From Dehalococcoidia bacterium (lineage in GTDB: Bacteria > Chloroflexota > Dehalococcoidia > Plut-88900), in the NCBI GenBank assembly GCA_965197645.1, contig OZ240219.1, positions 2,080,001 to 2,144,000 of the forward strand: a DNA stretch of 64,000 bases. The letters run 5' to 3'. The stretch's first letter is position 1; each line of letters begins with the position of its first letter. The position numbers were made by a program, and so were the translations under genes. Below are positions 49,708 through 59,081 of the stretch, in pieces. The notes under the pieces were generated by a model. That model made no database searches, was not told the origin of the DNA, and saw only the letters and a list, made by a program, of their open reading frames with translations.

Positions 49708-51025
49708 GCTGGGGTACCCCCACGTTGCGAGTACGAGGGGCAATGCTTATCTCGTTCCAGGACTCGGCGGCCATCATCTCCGCCCAGCGCCCGTACAGAC
49801 CCCGCTGGTTGATCTCGCTTAAGAAGTCTCCCACCCTGCCTGGAAGGTCCGGGTGGGACGTTTCGTGACCCAACCCCATCTGGAAGTTGGCGGGTATGCG
49901 CCTGGAAACTGCGCCCCGTCCCGAGCGGGTGACCTGCATCCAGTTGTCCATGTCGTCCTGCTCCCACGTACCGGCGGCGGAGAAGGTCTGGGTATTGTAG
50001 ATCCGGGTGTCCTCCTTGACCTCGGGCGGGGCGTCCCTGTCGACGTAAGTCCACGCCCAGATCTCCATCCTCTCCGGCCCGCGAGGATGCCAAACCCGCA
50101 TGGTGCTGTTCGACAGGAAGGAGAAGTTGGGAAAGACCGTAGCGTGGAAGCCGCCAATCCTGCGACCTCGGAGAGCACCCAGGCGCGCTTCCGCCTCGGC
50201 GGCGGTCGCTTCCATGTATTCCACGGTGCTTGGGGCTACGTCTCCGCTGCCAAACTCGTCCTCGCCCTCCGGGATCAACGGTATCCCGATGCCGTGCCCA
50301 TTACCCGGCGAGACCTGATAACCGGGATATTGGAACCCTCCGGTGGGATCGCCGAAATCCCAGCCCACCTGGATAGCGGACTGATGGGAGGCCCAAGCGT
50401 GGTACATATCCCCGATGAAGTTCTCCGCAGATACCTTCCAGTTGGACTCCAGCACCCACCGGTGGGCGCCTCCTATCAGCTCGGTGCCGGCGTCTCGACG
50501 ATCGAACACGATGTCCAGGTACCAGGCCATGTCCCCCAGGTACTCCAGCAACGATGGCGCCCCTGCATCGAAGGTGGCGAAGATCAATCCCTTGTAGGTG
50601 TCAAGCTGGGCAACGGGTACAAGGCCCCATTCCGACAGGTCCAACTCCTCGAAGTAGGACTCCTTCCAGCTGGGCACCGAGACCAGCTTGCCCTGGTTGT
50701 TGTAGACCCAGCCGTGGAAGGCGCAGGTGAAGTACTTGGCATTGCCCCGGTCGGCGCGGCAGACCCGGTTGCCCCGGTGCCGGCACATGTTGATGAAGGC
50801 CCCCAGCTTTCCATCGCCGTCACGGGAGACGATGACCGGGTCCTCGCCCATGTAGGTAGTGATGAAATCGCCGGGGTTGGGGAGCTGGCTCTCGTGGCCG
50901 ATGAATAGCCAGCAACGGGCGAATATCCGCTCCAGCTCTAGGCGGTAGATATCCGGGTCGACGAATATGCTGCGGTCGATCAGACCACGCTCTGTGTCCA
51001 CCAGCTTACTTACGTCGATGCTCAT
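49697..51025 (-). CDS. Rieske ring-hydroxylating dioxygenase alpha subunit (copy 1)
   Basis: CRHRG..CAFHGW Rieske motif; [11 protein letters not shown]; EQDD. Confidence 0.92.
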   Translation of the reverse strand: MSIDVSKLVDTERGLIDRSIFVDPDIYRLELERIFARCWLFIGHESQLPNPGDFITTYMGEDPVIVSRDGDGKLGAFINMCRHRGNRVCRADRGNAKYFTCAFHGWVYNNQGKLVSVPSWKESYFEELDLSEWGLVPVAQLDTYKGLIFATFDAGAPSLLEYLGDMAWYLDIVFDRRDAGTELIGGAHRWVLESNWKVSAENFIGDMYHAWASHQSAIQVGWDFGDPTGGFQYPGYQVSPGNGHGIGIPLIPEGEDEFGSGDVAPSTVEYMEATAAEAEARLGALRGRRIGGFHATVFPNFSFLSNSTMRVWHPRGPERMEIWAWTYVDRDAPPEVKEDTRIYNTQTFSAAGTWEQDDMDNWMQVTRSGRGAVSRRIPANFQMGLGHETSHPDLPGRVGDFLSEINQRGLYGRWAEMMAAESWNEISIAPRTRNVGVPQHVG

Positions 51026-51161
51026 CGTATCCAGCCTTCCTGCTACTCCCACCTGGTGCATATGAGATACGGCGCGAACTGCTTGATGATCGGGTAGCTG
51101 TGAGACTACTTCAGATTGAGTTACTCGTCAATTCAGGGTCCGGTGATAGCGGGTCAGTCGA

Positions 51162-52481
51162 TCATCCGACCTGCGGGGCAACCTCCAACTCTCGAGCGGC
51201 GGTCCTCACGTCTCTCCAGGATTCGGCGGTCATCAGTTCCGTCCAGCGGTCGTACATGGAGCGCTGGTTGATATCGCTGTAGAACTCACCTATCCTGCCC
51301 CGAAGGTCGGGATGCGTTGTCTCGTGTCCCAGCCCCATCTGGTAGTTGGCGAGTGTCCGTCGGGAAACGGCGCCCCGTCCCGAGCGGGCAACCTGCATCC
51401 AGTTGTCCATGTCGTCCTGCTCCCAGGTCCCGGCGGTTGAGAAAGTCTGGGTTACGTTGATCCGTTGAGCTTCCTTGACCTCGGCGGGAGCGGCCTTATC
51501 GACGAAAATCCATGCCCAGATCTCCATCTTCCCCGGGCCGCGAGGGTGCCATATGCGCAGCGTGCCGTTGGGAAGGAAGGATAGGTTGGGAAACACGGTG
51601 CCGTGATTGGGCCGGACCTTGCGGGCTCTGACCCGACCCAGCCGCTGCTCCACCTCATCGATGATGGCCTTGGCATACTCCCGGGTGTCGGGATAGTTGC
51701 TGCGAGACCAGACCTCTTCACCCTCCAGGAAGTAGAAGATCCCCAGGCCGTGTCCATTGCCCGGCGAGACCTGGTATCCCTGGAAGATGGGGCCTTCGGT
51801 CTCGTCGCCGGAGTCCCAGCCGGCCTGGATAGCGGACTGATGCGACGGGTAAGCGTGGTACATGTCCCCAACGAAGTTCTCCGCCGATACCTTCCAGTTG
51901 GACTCCAGCACCCACCGGTGGGCGCCTCCTATCAGCTCCACGCCGCCCTCTCGACGGTCGAACATCATGTCGAGGTACCAGGCCATGTCCCCCAGGTACT
52001 CCAGCAGCGAGGGCGCCTCCGCATCGAAGGTGGCGAAGATCAGCCCTTTATAGGTGTCCAGCTGGGCCACGTGTACAAGGCCCCATTCCGACAGGTCCAA
52101 CTCCTCGAAATACGACTCCTTCCAGCTGGGCACCGAGACCAGGTTCCCCTGGTTGTTGTAGACCCAGCCGTGGAAGGCGCAGGTGAAGTACTTGGCATTG
52201 CCCCGGTCGGCACGGCAGACGCGGTTGCCCCGGTGCCGGCACATGTTGATGAAGGCCCCCAGCTTCCCCTCGCCGTCACGGGAGACGATAACCGGGTCCT
52301 CGCCCATGTAGGTAGTGATGAAATCGCCGGGGTTGGGGAGCTGGCTCTCGTGGCCGATGAATAGCCAGCAGCGGGCGAATATCCGCTCCAGCTCCAGGTC
52401 ATATATCTCCCGGTCGACGAATATGCTGCGGTCGATCAGACCACGCTCTGTGTCCACCAGCTTACTTACGTCGATACTCAT
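51162..52481 (-). CDS. Rieske ring-hydroxylating dioxygenase alpha subunit (copy 2)
   Basis: Same motifs; N-terminal half nearly identical to copy 1. Confidence 0.92.
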   Translation of the reverse strand: MSIDVSKLVDTERGLIDRSIFVDREIYDLELERIFARCWLFIGHESQLPNPGDFITTYMGEDPVIVSRDGEGKLGAFINMCRHRGNRVCRADRGNAKYFTCAFHGWVYNNQGNLVSVPSWKESYFEELDLSEWGLVHVAQLDTYKGLIFATFDAEAPSLLEYLGDMAWYLDMMFDRREGGVELIGGAHRWVLESNWKVSAENFVGDMYHAYPSHQSAIQAGWDSGDETEGPIFQGYQVSPGNGHGLGIFYFLEGEEVWSRSNYPDTREYAKAIIDEVEQRLGRVRARKVRPNHGTVFPNLSFLPNGTLRIWHPRGPGKMEIWAWIFVDKAAPAEVKEAQRINVTQTFSTAGTWEQDDMDNWMQVARSGRGAVSRRTLANYQMGLGHETTHPDLRGRIGEFYSDINQRSMYDRWTELMTAESWRDVRTAARELEVAPQVG

Positions 52482-52587
52482 TTTCCAAAGCCCTCCCAGT
52501 CCGGTCTCGTTCCATGACAGGCCAAGCTCACCGTGCTCTAAGTTTAGCGATGACGCCACATCAATTCAATGCGCTTCCCCCTTGGGT

Positions 52588-53592
52588 CTACAGCAAGACA
52601 CTGGCCGATACCCCGGCACCGATGGGCTCCAGGATGTCCAGCTGCTCCCGGGTGAGCTGAAGATCGCCGGCGGCGGCGTTCTGCTCCAGCTCGTTGAGGT
52701 TCTCGGGACCGATGACGGTGCTGGTCACCGCCGGACGAGAGAGGAGCCAGCCCAACGCCAGCTGTGAGGGAGGCAGCCCCCACTCCTTCGCCACAGCATC
52801 CAGCTGCCCGGCGGCGGCGTTCTCGCTGGCGTTGAATCCGGGTCCCCGGCCTTGGACCCATCGCCGGTCCCCGAGGATGGAGACGGGCCTCGCTTCCAGG
52901 GTCTCCAGGCCGGTGAGCAGCCCCCCGGCCAATGGGCTATAGCACGTGAGTCCGAGACCGAAGCGCAGGCAGGCCGGGACCACTTCCTCCTCTACGTCGC
53001 GGGCGGCCATGTTGTACCGCATCTGAGTCGCTACCGGCTCGTACAGCCCCAGCATTCTGGCCGTCATCACTATCTCGGTCATCTGCCAGGCGGGGAAGTT
53101 GGAAACGGCGTAGTACCGGATCTTGCCCTGACGCACCAGGTCATCCATTGCCCGCAGGGTCTGATCTATCGGGGTGGAGGGGTCCGGCGCGTGCCAGTAG
53201 TACAGGTCCAGGTAGTCGGTCTGGAGCCGTTTCAGGGTCCGCTCGATCATCTGCATGACGTGCAGGCGGGAGAGACCTCCACTGTTGGGGCCCGGCAGCA
53301 CCGGTTCCTGCACCTTGGAGGCGATGATCACCTCGTGGCGGCGGCCCTCGAGCGCGCGGCCGAGAATCTCCTCGGCGGACTTGCGCTGCTCAACGGAAGG
53401 CGCTCCCGGCCGGTCGAACCTGGCCTGATCGCCGTAGGAGTTGGCGGTATCGAAGAAGTTGATACCCAGCTCCAGCGCCCGATTGAACAGGGCTGGTGCA
53501 TCCTCTTCCAGCGGCGCCACCCCCAGGGTTGCTGTGCCCATACAGATCCGGGAGACGCTGACGCCTGTATTCCCCAACGTAACGTACTGCAT
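52588..53592 (-). CDS. Aldo/keto reductase
   Basis: GINFFDTANSYG, LQTDYLDLY, GKIRYYAVSN, YSPLAGGLL. Confidence 0.9.
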   Translation of the reverse strand: MQYVTLGNTGVSVSRICMGTATLGVAPLEEDAPALFNRALELGINFFDTANSYGDQARFDRPGAPSVEQRKSAEEILGRALEGRRHEVIIASKVQEPVLPGPNSGGLSRLHVMQMIERTLKRLQTDYLDLYYWHAPDPSTPIDQTLRAMDDLVRQGKIRYYAVSNFPAWQMTEIVMTARMLGLYEPVATQMRYNMAARDVEEEVVPACLRFGLGLTCYSPLAGGLLTGLETLEARPVSILGDRRWVQGRGPGFNASENAAAGQLDAVAKEWGLPPSQLALGWLLSRPAVTSTVIGPENLNELEQNAAAGDLQLTREQLDILEPIGAGVSASVLL

Positions 53593-53805
53593 GACGGTAT
53601 CCCACTTTCTACGCTGTTGTTCCAAAACGACGGGCCTGGCGCCGACAGCGGTCCGGCTTCCGGGTCCCTTTTCCGTGGTCGCTCAGCTCGCCTCGCTGCT
53701 ATGCCCAGACGTATCGTTATTGATACACCTTTTGGGGCACGATAAGCAACTCACGATGATAGAAGTGTCGCATACCAAGGCGCAACGAAAGCCGCTTCCG
53801 ATTCG

Positions 53806-53834
53806 TTGACCTCCCATACCCGCGCTGATAGAAT
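53806..53834 (+). promoter_or_regulatory. Sigma70-type promoter
   Basis: TTGACC-17 nt-TAGAAT with TG extension. Confidence 0.6.
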
Positions 53835-53891
53835 GGCTCTGACTTTGTTAGAAACTTCACGTACTCCGCTTATGGCAATCTACACCTCACC

Positions 53892-54572
53892 ATGCTGATC
53901 GACTTCCATTCCCACACCATGGTCGGCGGCAGCGACAGCAGCATCTCTCCCCAGGACCTGGTCCTCGAGGCTAAGAAACAGGGGCTGGACGGCATCTGCT
54001 TCACCGAGCACGGGGGCGGTTGGGAGTGGGGCCGGTTCCAGGCCTTCGCCGAGGAACAGGACATCCTAGTCATCCACGGGCTGGAGGTCAACACCGAGCT
54101 GGGCCACATCGGGGCCTACGGCCTGCACAACTACGTCAGCGGCATACACAAAGCCGAAAAGCTTCGCCAAGTGATCGATGATGTCGGGGGCTACATGGTG
54201 GCCATGCATCCCTTCCGCATGTTCTACTACCAGCGGGGAAGCCTACTCTGGCCCAACGGCAGCAAGCCCAAGACCTTGGAAGAAGCCAGCGAGCACCCCA
54301 CGTTTCAGATAGTGGATGGCATCGAGGTCCTCAACGGCGGTAACAACGACAAGGAAAACGCTGCTGCCTACAAGGTGGCTGGGCTGCTGGGAAAGTCCCG
54401 CACCGCCGGCTCCGATGCCCACTCTCACCACGGTGTCGGCTGCCACGTCACGGTGTTCGAGAAGGACGTGAAGACGGAGGAAGAGTTCCTTGAGGAGCTC
54501 AGAGCCGGTCGATTTCATCCCGCCACCGGACTCCGCAGCGGTAACCTGAAGCCCTATTACCCTTCAATCTAG
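53892..54572 (+). CDS. PHP-domain protein (paralog of 10610-11263)
   Basis: DFHSHT, FTEH, GHIG, MHPFR, GSDAH. Confidence 0.85.
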   Translation: MLIDFHSHTMVGGSDSSISPQDLVLEAKKQGLDGICFTEHGGGWEWGRFQAFAEEQDILVIHGLEVNTELGHIGAYGLHNYVSGIHKAEKLRQVIDDVGGYMVAMHPFRMFYYQRGSLLWPNGSKPKTLEEASEHPTFQIVDGIEVLNGGNNDKENAAAYKVAGLLGKSRTAGSDAHSHHGVGCHVTVFEKDVKTEEEFLEELRAGRFHPATGLRSGNLKPYYPSI

Positions 54573-54698
54573 GGTACCCGGCGATTCCTCGATCCGCCTT
54601 CGTCCCACCAAGGCCTTTACTTTCCTTTCCGCCACGCGGCAAAATGGGCCTGTCCAACCCGGGATAATGAATATCAACCCTGGCATTGGCGATCGAAT

Positions 54699-55562
54699 AT
54701 GTACATCCCCCTAGATCAACCGCTAAACCTGGTACACACCTTTGAATGCGGCCAGGCTTTCCGGTGGAAACGGGTGGGGGAGTGGTACTACGGCTTGGCC
54801 TTCGGCAACATCTTCGCCATTCGCCAGGGCCTGCTGGGCCTTGAGTTCCGAAGCTACCCCGAACCCGAGGAGGACGTGGCATATCGAATCAAATACTACC
54901 TCCGCCTGGACGACGACCTGCCCGCCATCTACGACCGGATTTCCATCGATGAACGGATGAGCTCGGCTATCGCCCAGTTCTCCGGCCTTCGTCTCATTCG
55001 ACAGGACCCGTGGGAGTGCCTCCTCTCCTTCATCTGCTCGATCAACTCCAACATAGCCCGCATCAGCGCGTCGGTTGAGAGCCTCAGCGAGAAGCTGGGC
55101 GAGCGCCTGGAGATGGATGATCAGGTCATCTACACCTTCCCCACCCCCCGGCAGGTGGCGGGCCTTGGGGAAATGGGTCTCCGGCTCCTAGGCATGGGGT
55201 TCCGGGCCAAGTACATGGCGGAGACTGCCCGAATCCTCACCGAGGACGGATACGATCTGGACGGCCTGCGGGAGGCCTCCTACCAGGACGCCAAAGCGGA
55301 GCTGATGACCCTGCCGGGCGTGGGCGACAAGGTAGCGGACTGCGTGCTCCTCTTCTCCCTGGACAAGCTCGAAGCCTTCCCCGTCGACCGCTGGGTCCGG
55401 CGCGCTGTCGAGGACTGGTACCTCAACGGCGAGTCCCGCTCCTACGATGCCATCCGCCAGTGGTCCCTGGATACCTTCGGGCACTACGGCGGATACGCCC
55501 AGCAGTACATGTTCCACCGGAGGCGGCTGGACGGCCTGGCACCTTCGGAAGACGCCGGTTAA
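54699..55562 (+). CDS. 8-oxoguanine DNA glycosylase (OGG1-like, HhH-GPD)
   Basis: ECGQAFRW, QDPWECLLSFICS, LPGVGDKVADC, FPVD, GYAQQYMF. Confidence 0.9.
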   Translation: MYIPLDQPLNLVHTFECGQAFRWKRVGEWYYGLAFGNIFAIRQGLLGLEFRSYPEPEEDVAYRIKYYLRLDDDLPAIYDRISIDERMSSAIAQFSGLRLIRQDPWECLLSFICSINSNIARISASVESLSEKLGERLEMDDQVIYTFPTPRQVAGLGEMGLRLLGMGFRAKYMAETARILTEDGYDLDGLREASYQDAKAELMTLPGVGDKVADCVLLFSLDKLEAFPVDRWVRRAVEDWYLNGESRSYDAIRQWSLDTFGHYGGYAQQYMFHRRRLDGLAPSEDAG

Positions 55563-55577
55563 ACCGTAGACTCATCG

Positions 55578-56321
55578 ATGCTCGCCGTCTCCACCAGGCT
55601 CCCCGATACCAGGTCCGGCAATCCGCCGGTGGTCCTTGTCCACGGCGCCGCCAACTCGGCCATCGTGTGGAGGCACTGGCAGGAGGAGCTGGCCGAACGC
55701 GGCTGGGCATCCTACGCCCTGGACTTGAGGGGCCACGGGAGAAGCGCGGTCATCGACCTTTCGACCACGACGATGGAGGATTACGCCACCGATATACAAA
55801 GAGTGACGACCATGTTGGACAGACCTCCCGTCGTCCTGGGCTGGAGCATGGGCGGCCTGGTCGCCATGCTGTACGCCTCGTGCGGGAAGGCCGCTGCCTG
55901 TGTGGCCATCGCGCCCAGTGTCCCGGCCCGCAGGACCGATCCCTCGGTCAGGTTGCGAGCGGGCGAGTACGGCGCTGCCGCCTATCGCATCACTAAACGC
56001 GGCCCCGAAGACCAGCCCGCCATGCCAGATTTAGACCTGGATGAGCGCAAGCTCGCCCTGGACTCCCTCAGCAACGAGTCTCGCTTCGCTCGGGACCAGA
56101 GGAAGGCCGGAATAGTCATCGAATCGATACCCTGTCCTCTGCTCCTGGTCACCGGCACCGAGGACACCGACTGGCCCGAGGAGATGTTCCGGGACCTGTG
56201 GCTCGAGCCGGACCGGTACAGCGTGCAGGGCGCATCCCATTGGGGGCTGGTGTTGAATCGCCGGGTCCTGCCTTCCACGGTCGAAAAGGTCACGGCCTGG
56301 GTATCAGAGAGTCTGCGGTAA
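55578..56321 (+). CDS. Alpha/beta hydrolase (tandem paralog 1)
   Basis: LVHG, DLRGHG, GWSMGG, GASHWG. Confidence 0.85.
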   Translation: MLAVSTRLPDTRSGNPPVVLVHGAANSAIVWRHWQEELAERGWASYALDLRGHGRSAVIDLSTTTMEDYATDIQRVTTMLDRPPVVLGWSMGGLVAMLYASCGKAAACVAIAPSVPARRTDPSVRLRAGEYGAAAYRITKRGPEDQPAMPDLDLDERKLALDSLSNESRFARDQRKAGIVIESIPCPLLLVTGTEDTDWPEEMFRDLWLEPDRYSVQGASHWGLVLNRRVLPSTVEKVTAWVSESLR

Positions 56322-57068
56322 ATGCCCGTGCTCGCCGTATCCACCAGACTTTCGGCAGCCGACTCCCCGAACCCTCCCATCGTCCTTGTCCCCGGCTCTT
56401 TCGCCTCCGCCCTGATCTGGACCTATTGGCAGGACGAGCTGGCCAGGCTGGGCTGGATATCCCACGCCATCGATCTACGGGGCCACGGCCTTAGCACACC
56501 GATGGACCTATCGAAAACGTCGGTGGCCGATTACGTCTCCGACGTCCGTCGCGTCGTCGAGACCCTGGCCAGGCCACCGGTGATGATGGGCTGGAGCATG
56601 GGAGGCCTGCTATCGATGATGTACTCCAGCACCTATGGCGCCGCGGCGTGCATAGGCTTGGCGCCGACGCCGCCGGCCAACAGGCCGAACACCACTTTCG
56701 TCATCGAGGACGGCGAGTATCCCGCCTACATACCCGGAATGACCGACCGGCCTGTCGAAGACCAACCGTCTCTACCCGACCTGGACCTGGAAGAGAGGCA
56801 GACGGCCCTAGATGCGATGTCCAGGGAGTCCCGGTATGCCATGGGGGAGAGGATGGCCGGCGTGGTGGTGAAGTCGGTCCCCTGCCCTCTGCTGATCGCC
56901 ACGGGCTCCGAGGATGTGACCTGGCCCAAAGACGCTGTCGTAGCCGGATGGCTCAACCCAGATCGCCACGTTATCGAAGGAGCGTCCCACTGGGGCTTAC
57001 CCCTGAACCGGTCGGCCATTTCCGCCGCCGCGCCGGTCATATCCCGGTGGATCCTGGAGAACCTCTAG
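56322..57068 (+). CDS. Alpha/beta hydrolase (tandem paralog 2)
   Basis: DLRGHG, GWSMGG, GASHWG; abuts paralog 1. Confidence 0.85.
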   Translation: MPVLAVSTRLSAADSPNPPIVLVPGSFASALIWTYWQDELARLGWISHAIDLRGHGLSTPMDLSKTSVADYVSDVRRVVETLARPPVMMGWSMGGLLSMMYSSTYGAAACIGLAPTPPANRPNTTFVIEDGEYPAYIPGMTDRPVEDQPSLPDLDLEERQTALDAMSRESRYAMGERMAGVVVKSVPCPLLIATGSEDVTWPKDAVVAGWLNPDRHVIEGASHWGLPLNRSAISAAAPVISRWILENL

Positions 57069-58309
57069 CCCACCAACTTTTTGACCAGGGCCACCTCATC
57101 CTCTCTTGTGACGGTTTCCCCATCCAGCCGGGCACGGCGAAGCTCCTTCAACATCTTTCCCAACTCCGGCCCACGAGGTACGCCCAGGTCCTGCAGGTCT
57201 CGACCGTTGAGGTGGGGAGCGATCGCTCTCAGCTCGGTTGTATAGAGCGCAATGCGCTCGGCCACCAGGGGAGACCCCGAGGCCACCCGGAACGCCGTCA
57301 ACGCATCCTCCGATATTTTATCCAGCACATCAGCCAACCGGCTTCGCTTTAGATCGAGCATCTCCAGCTCTTGCCGCCGGCTCTTCAGCGTCATCGCGTC
57401 GGCTACGCCTTGGACCTGGTCTTTGGTGAACCGGTACGTGTGAAGGAACCGCCGGCTGTCTTCGTCCGAGCAACGGTACAGCAGAATGGACAGGTACACG
57501 ACGATGGAGGGACGCCCCCCGGTCGACCTGGCCTCTCGGTACCTCTCCGCTAGCCACCCGTCGGCCTTCAGCGCCCCGTCCAGCCTTCCCAGCACCCCCA
57601 ACTCGTCTGCCCTGATCAGAGCCAGCTCCGGCTGCTCCTCTCGCAGTACCAGCTCCAGCTCGTGACGGTTCCGGTCTACGCCCACCGATCCTATGGAAGG
57701 TAGGGCGCTCCTCAGAAGCCCTTCCGTTTTCGGTTCCAATCGAAATCCCAGCCGCTGTTCATAGCGAATGGCCCGCATGATCCGGGTCGGGTCGTCGGTG
57801 AAGCTGGCATCATGGAGGACCCTGATCAGCCCCTCGTTCAGATCTCCCCTGCCGTTGTAGGGGTCCAGGAGCCGGCCCGCCTCGGGTGGGCTGAGCTGCA
57901 GAGCGATGGCGTTTACGGTGAAGTCCCGGCGGGCCATATCGGTATCGATGGAGCCCGGCCTGACCAGTGGCAGGATCCCGGGTCTTGAGTACTCTTCCCA
58001 CCGGGCCGTCGTCAGATCTACGGAGATGTCGTCTTTCGTGTAGGTGGCCGTACCGAACCTATCGTGGGTGACGACCCGCCCGCCGTCAGCTTCGGCTAGG
58101 CCCTGGGCCACCGCCAGTGCGTCGCCCTCCACGGCCAGGTCCAGGTCACCACTTTCCCGCTCCATTAGCAGGTCCCGCACCCGGCCGCCCACCAGGTAGA
58201 GAGAATGGCCCTGCTTCGAGCATATCTCTCCCGCCAGGCGCACGACCTCCCAAAGTTCGGGGGACAGAGACCTTTGGAGCGCATCGATGGGACCGGTGTT
58301 AGGAGACAA
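57065..58309 (-). CDS. cca: Class II tRNA nucleotidyltransferase (CCA/A-adding family)
   Basis: LVGGRVRD, DLD, RRDFTVNA, SFTDDPTRIMRAIRY. Confidence 0.85.
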   Translation of the reverse strand: MSPNTGPIDALQRSLSPELWEVVRLAGEICSKQGHSLYLVGGRVRDLLMERESGDLDLAVEGDALAVAQGLAEADGGRVVTHDRFGTATYTKDDISVDLTTARWEEYSRPGILPLVRPGSIDTDMARRDFTVNAIALQLSPPEAGRLLDPYNGRGDLNEGLIRVLHDASFTDDPTRIMRAIRYEQRLGFRLEPKTEGLLRSALPSIGSVGVDRNRHELELVLREEQPELALIRADELGVLGRLDGALKADGWLAERYREARSTGGRPSIVVYLSILLYRCSDEDSRRFLHTYRFTKDQVQGVADAMTLKSRRQELEMLDLKRSRLADVLDKISEDALTAFRVASGSPLVAERIALYTTELRAIAPHLNGRDLQDLGVPRGPELGKMLKELRRARLDGETVTREDEVALVKKLVG

Positions 58310-58440
58310 AGGATCGCACCATGGTAAACAAGAGGTATAGAAAGGCCATTATAGCATCCGGCTTTCCGCACCTCGTTGGTTTGCTTTTGGGCACTCCGGT
58401 GCTAAAATGGGTATATTCCACAAAAGAAAGGCGGAAGCAT

Positions 58441-59061
58441 ATGGTCGAAAAGATAGATATGACCGTTTACTACGACTACCTCTGACCCTACGTCCGCGTT
58501 GCAGCAGTCTGGCTGCAAGACGTCAAGGAAGCCTACGAAGGCGAGATGAACATCACGTGGAAGAACTTCCCGTTGGAGCAGGTCAACAGCAAGGAAGGCG
58601 AAGACTGGAAGCTGTGGGAGCAGCCCGAGTCTTACGCCAGCCGCGGCCTCCTGGCCCTGCGTGCAGGGGAAGCCGCCAAGAAGCAGGGCATGGATGCCTT
58701 CAACAAGTTCCACGTCATCCTCCTGAACGCTCGCCACGTGGACCGCAAAGCCATCGACAACATGGACATCCTCGTGGATGCCGCCACCAAGGCGGGGCTG
58801 GACGTCGATAGGTTCAAAGAGGACATCAAGGACCCCGAGGCCCTGAAGACCATCGCCGCCGACTATGAGGAGGCGAAGAGCAAGCACGGCGTGTTCGGCG
58901 TGCCAACCATCGTCTCAGAGGACGGCAACGCCGCCTTCGTCAAGATGATGCCGCCTCCGGCTTCAGACAAGGCCCTGGAAGTATTCGAAGGGGTCTTCGA
59001 CGTCGTGTCCACGAAACCTGACGTGCTGGAGATCAAGCGACCCGAACCTCCCGAGGCCTAG
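58441..59061 (+). CDS. DsbA/FrnE-like thioredoxin-fold selenoprotein (Sec at codon 15, TGA 58483-58485)
   Basis: MVEKIDMTVYYDYL(U)PYVRVAAVW is in frame with ORF 58546-59061, which ends in the GVFGVPT cis-Pro motif; hairpin follows the TGA. Confidence 0.85.
58491..58522 (+). promoter_or_regulatory. Putative bacterial SECIS hairpin
   Basis: TTGCAGC-AGTCTG-GCTGCAA stem-loop starting 13 nt after the UGA, extended by CGTC/GACG. Confidence 0.7.
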
Positions 59062-59081
59062 ACTGCGGCGTTCCGGTTCCA

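Noticed and set aside
58441-58545. DsbA-like gene as a nonsense pseudogene, or as starting at 58546
   Set aside because: The only stop falls exactly on the catalytic Cys column, is TGA and is followed by a SECIS-like hairpin; a 58546 start would delete the active site
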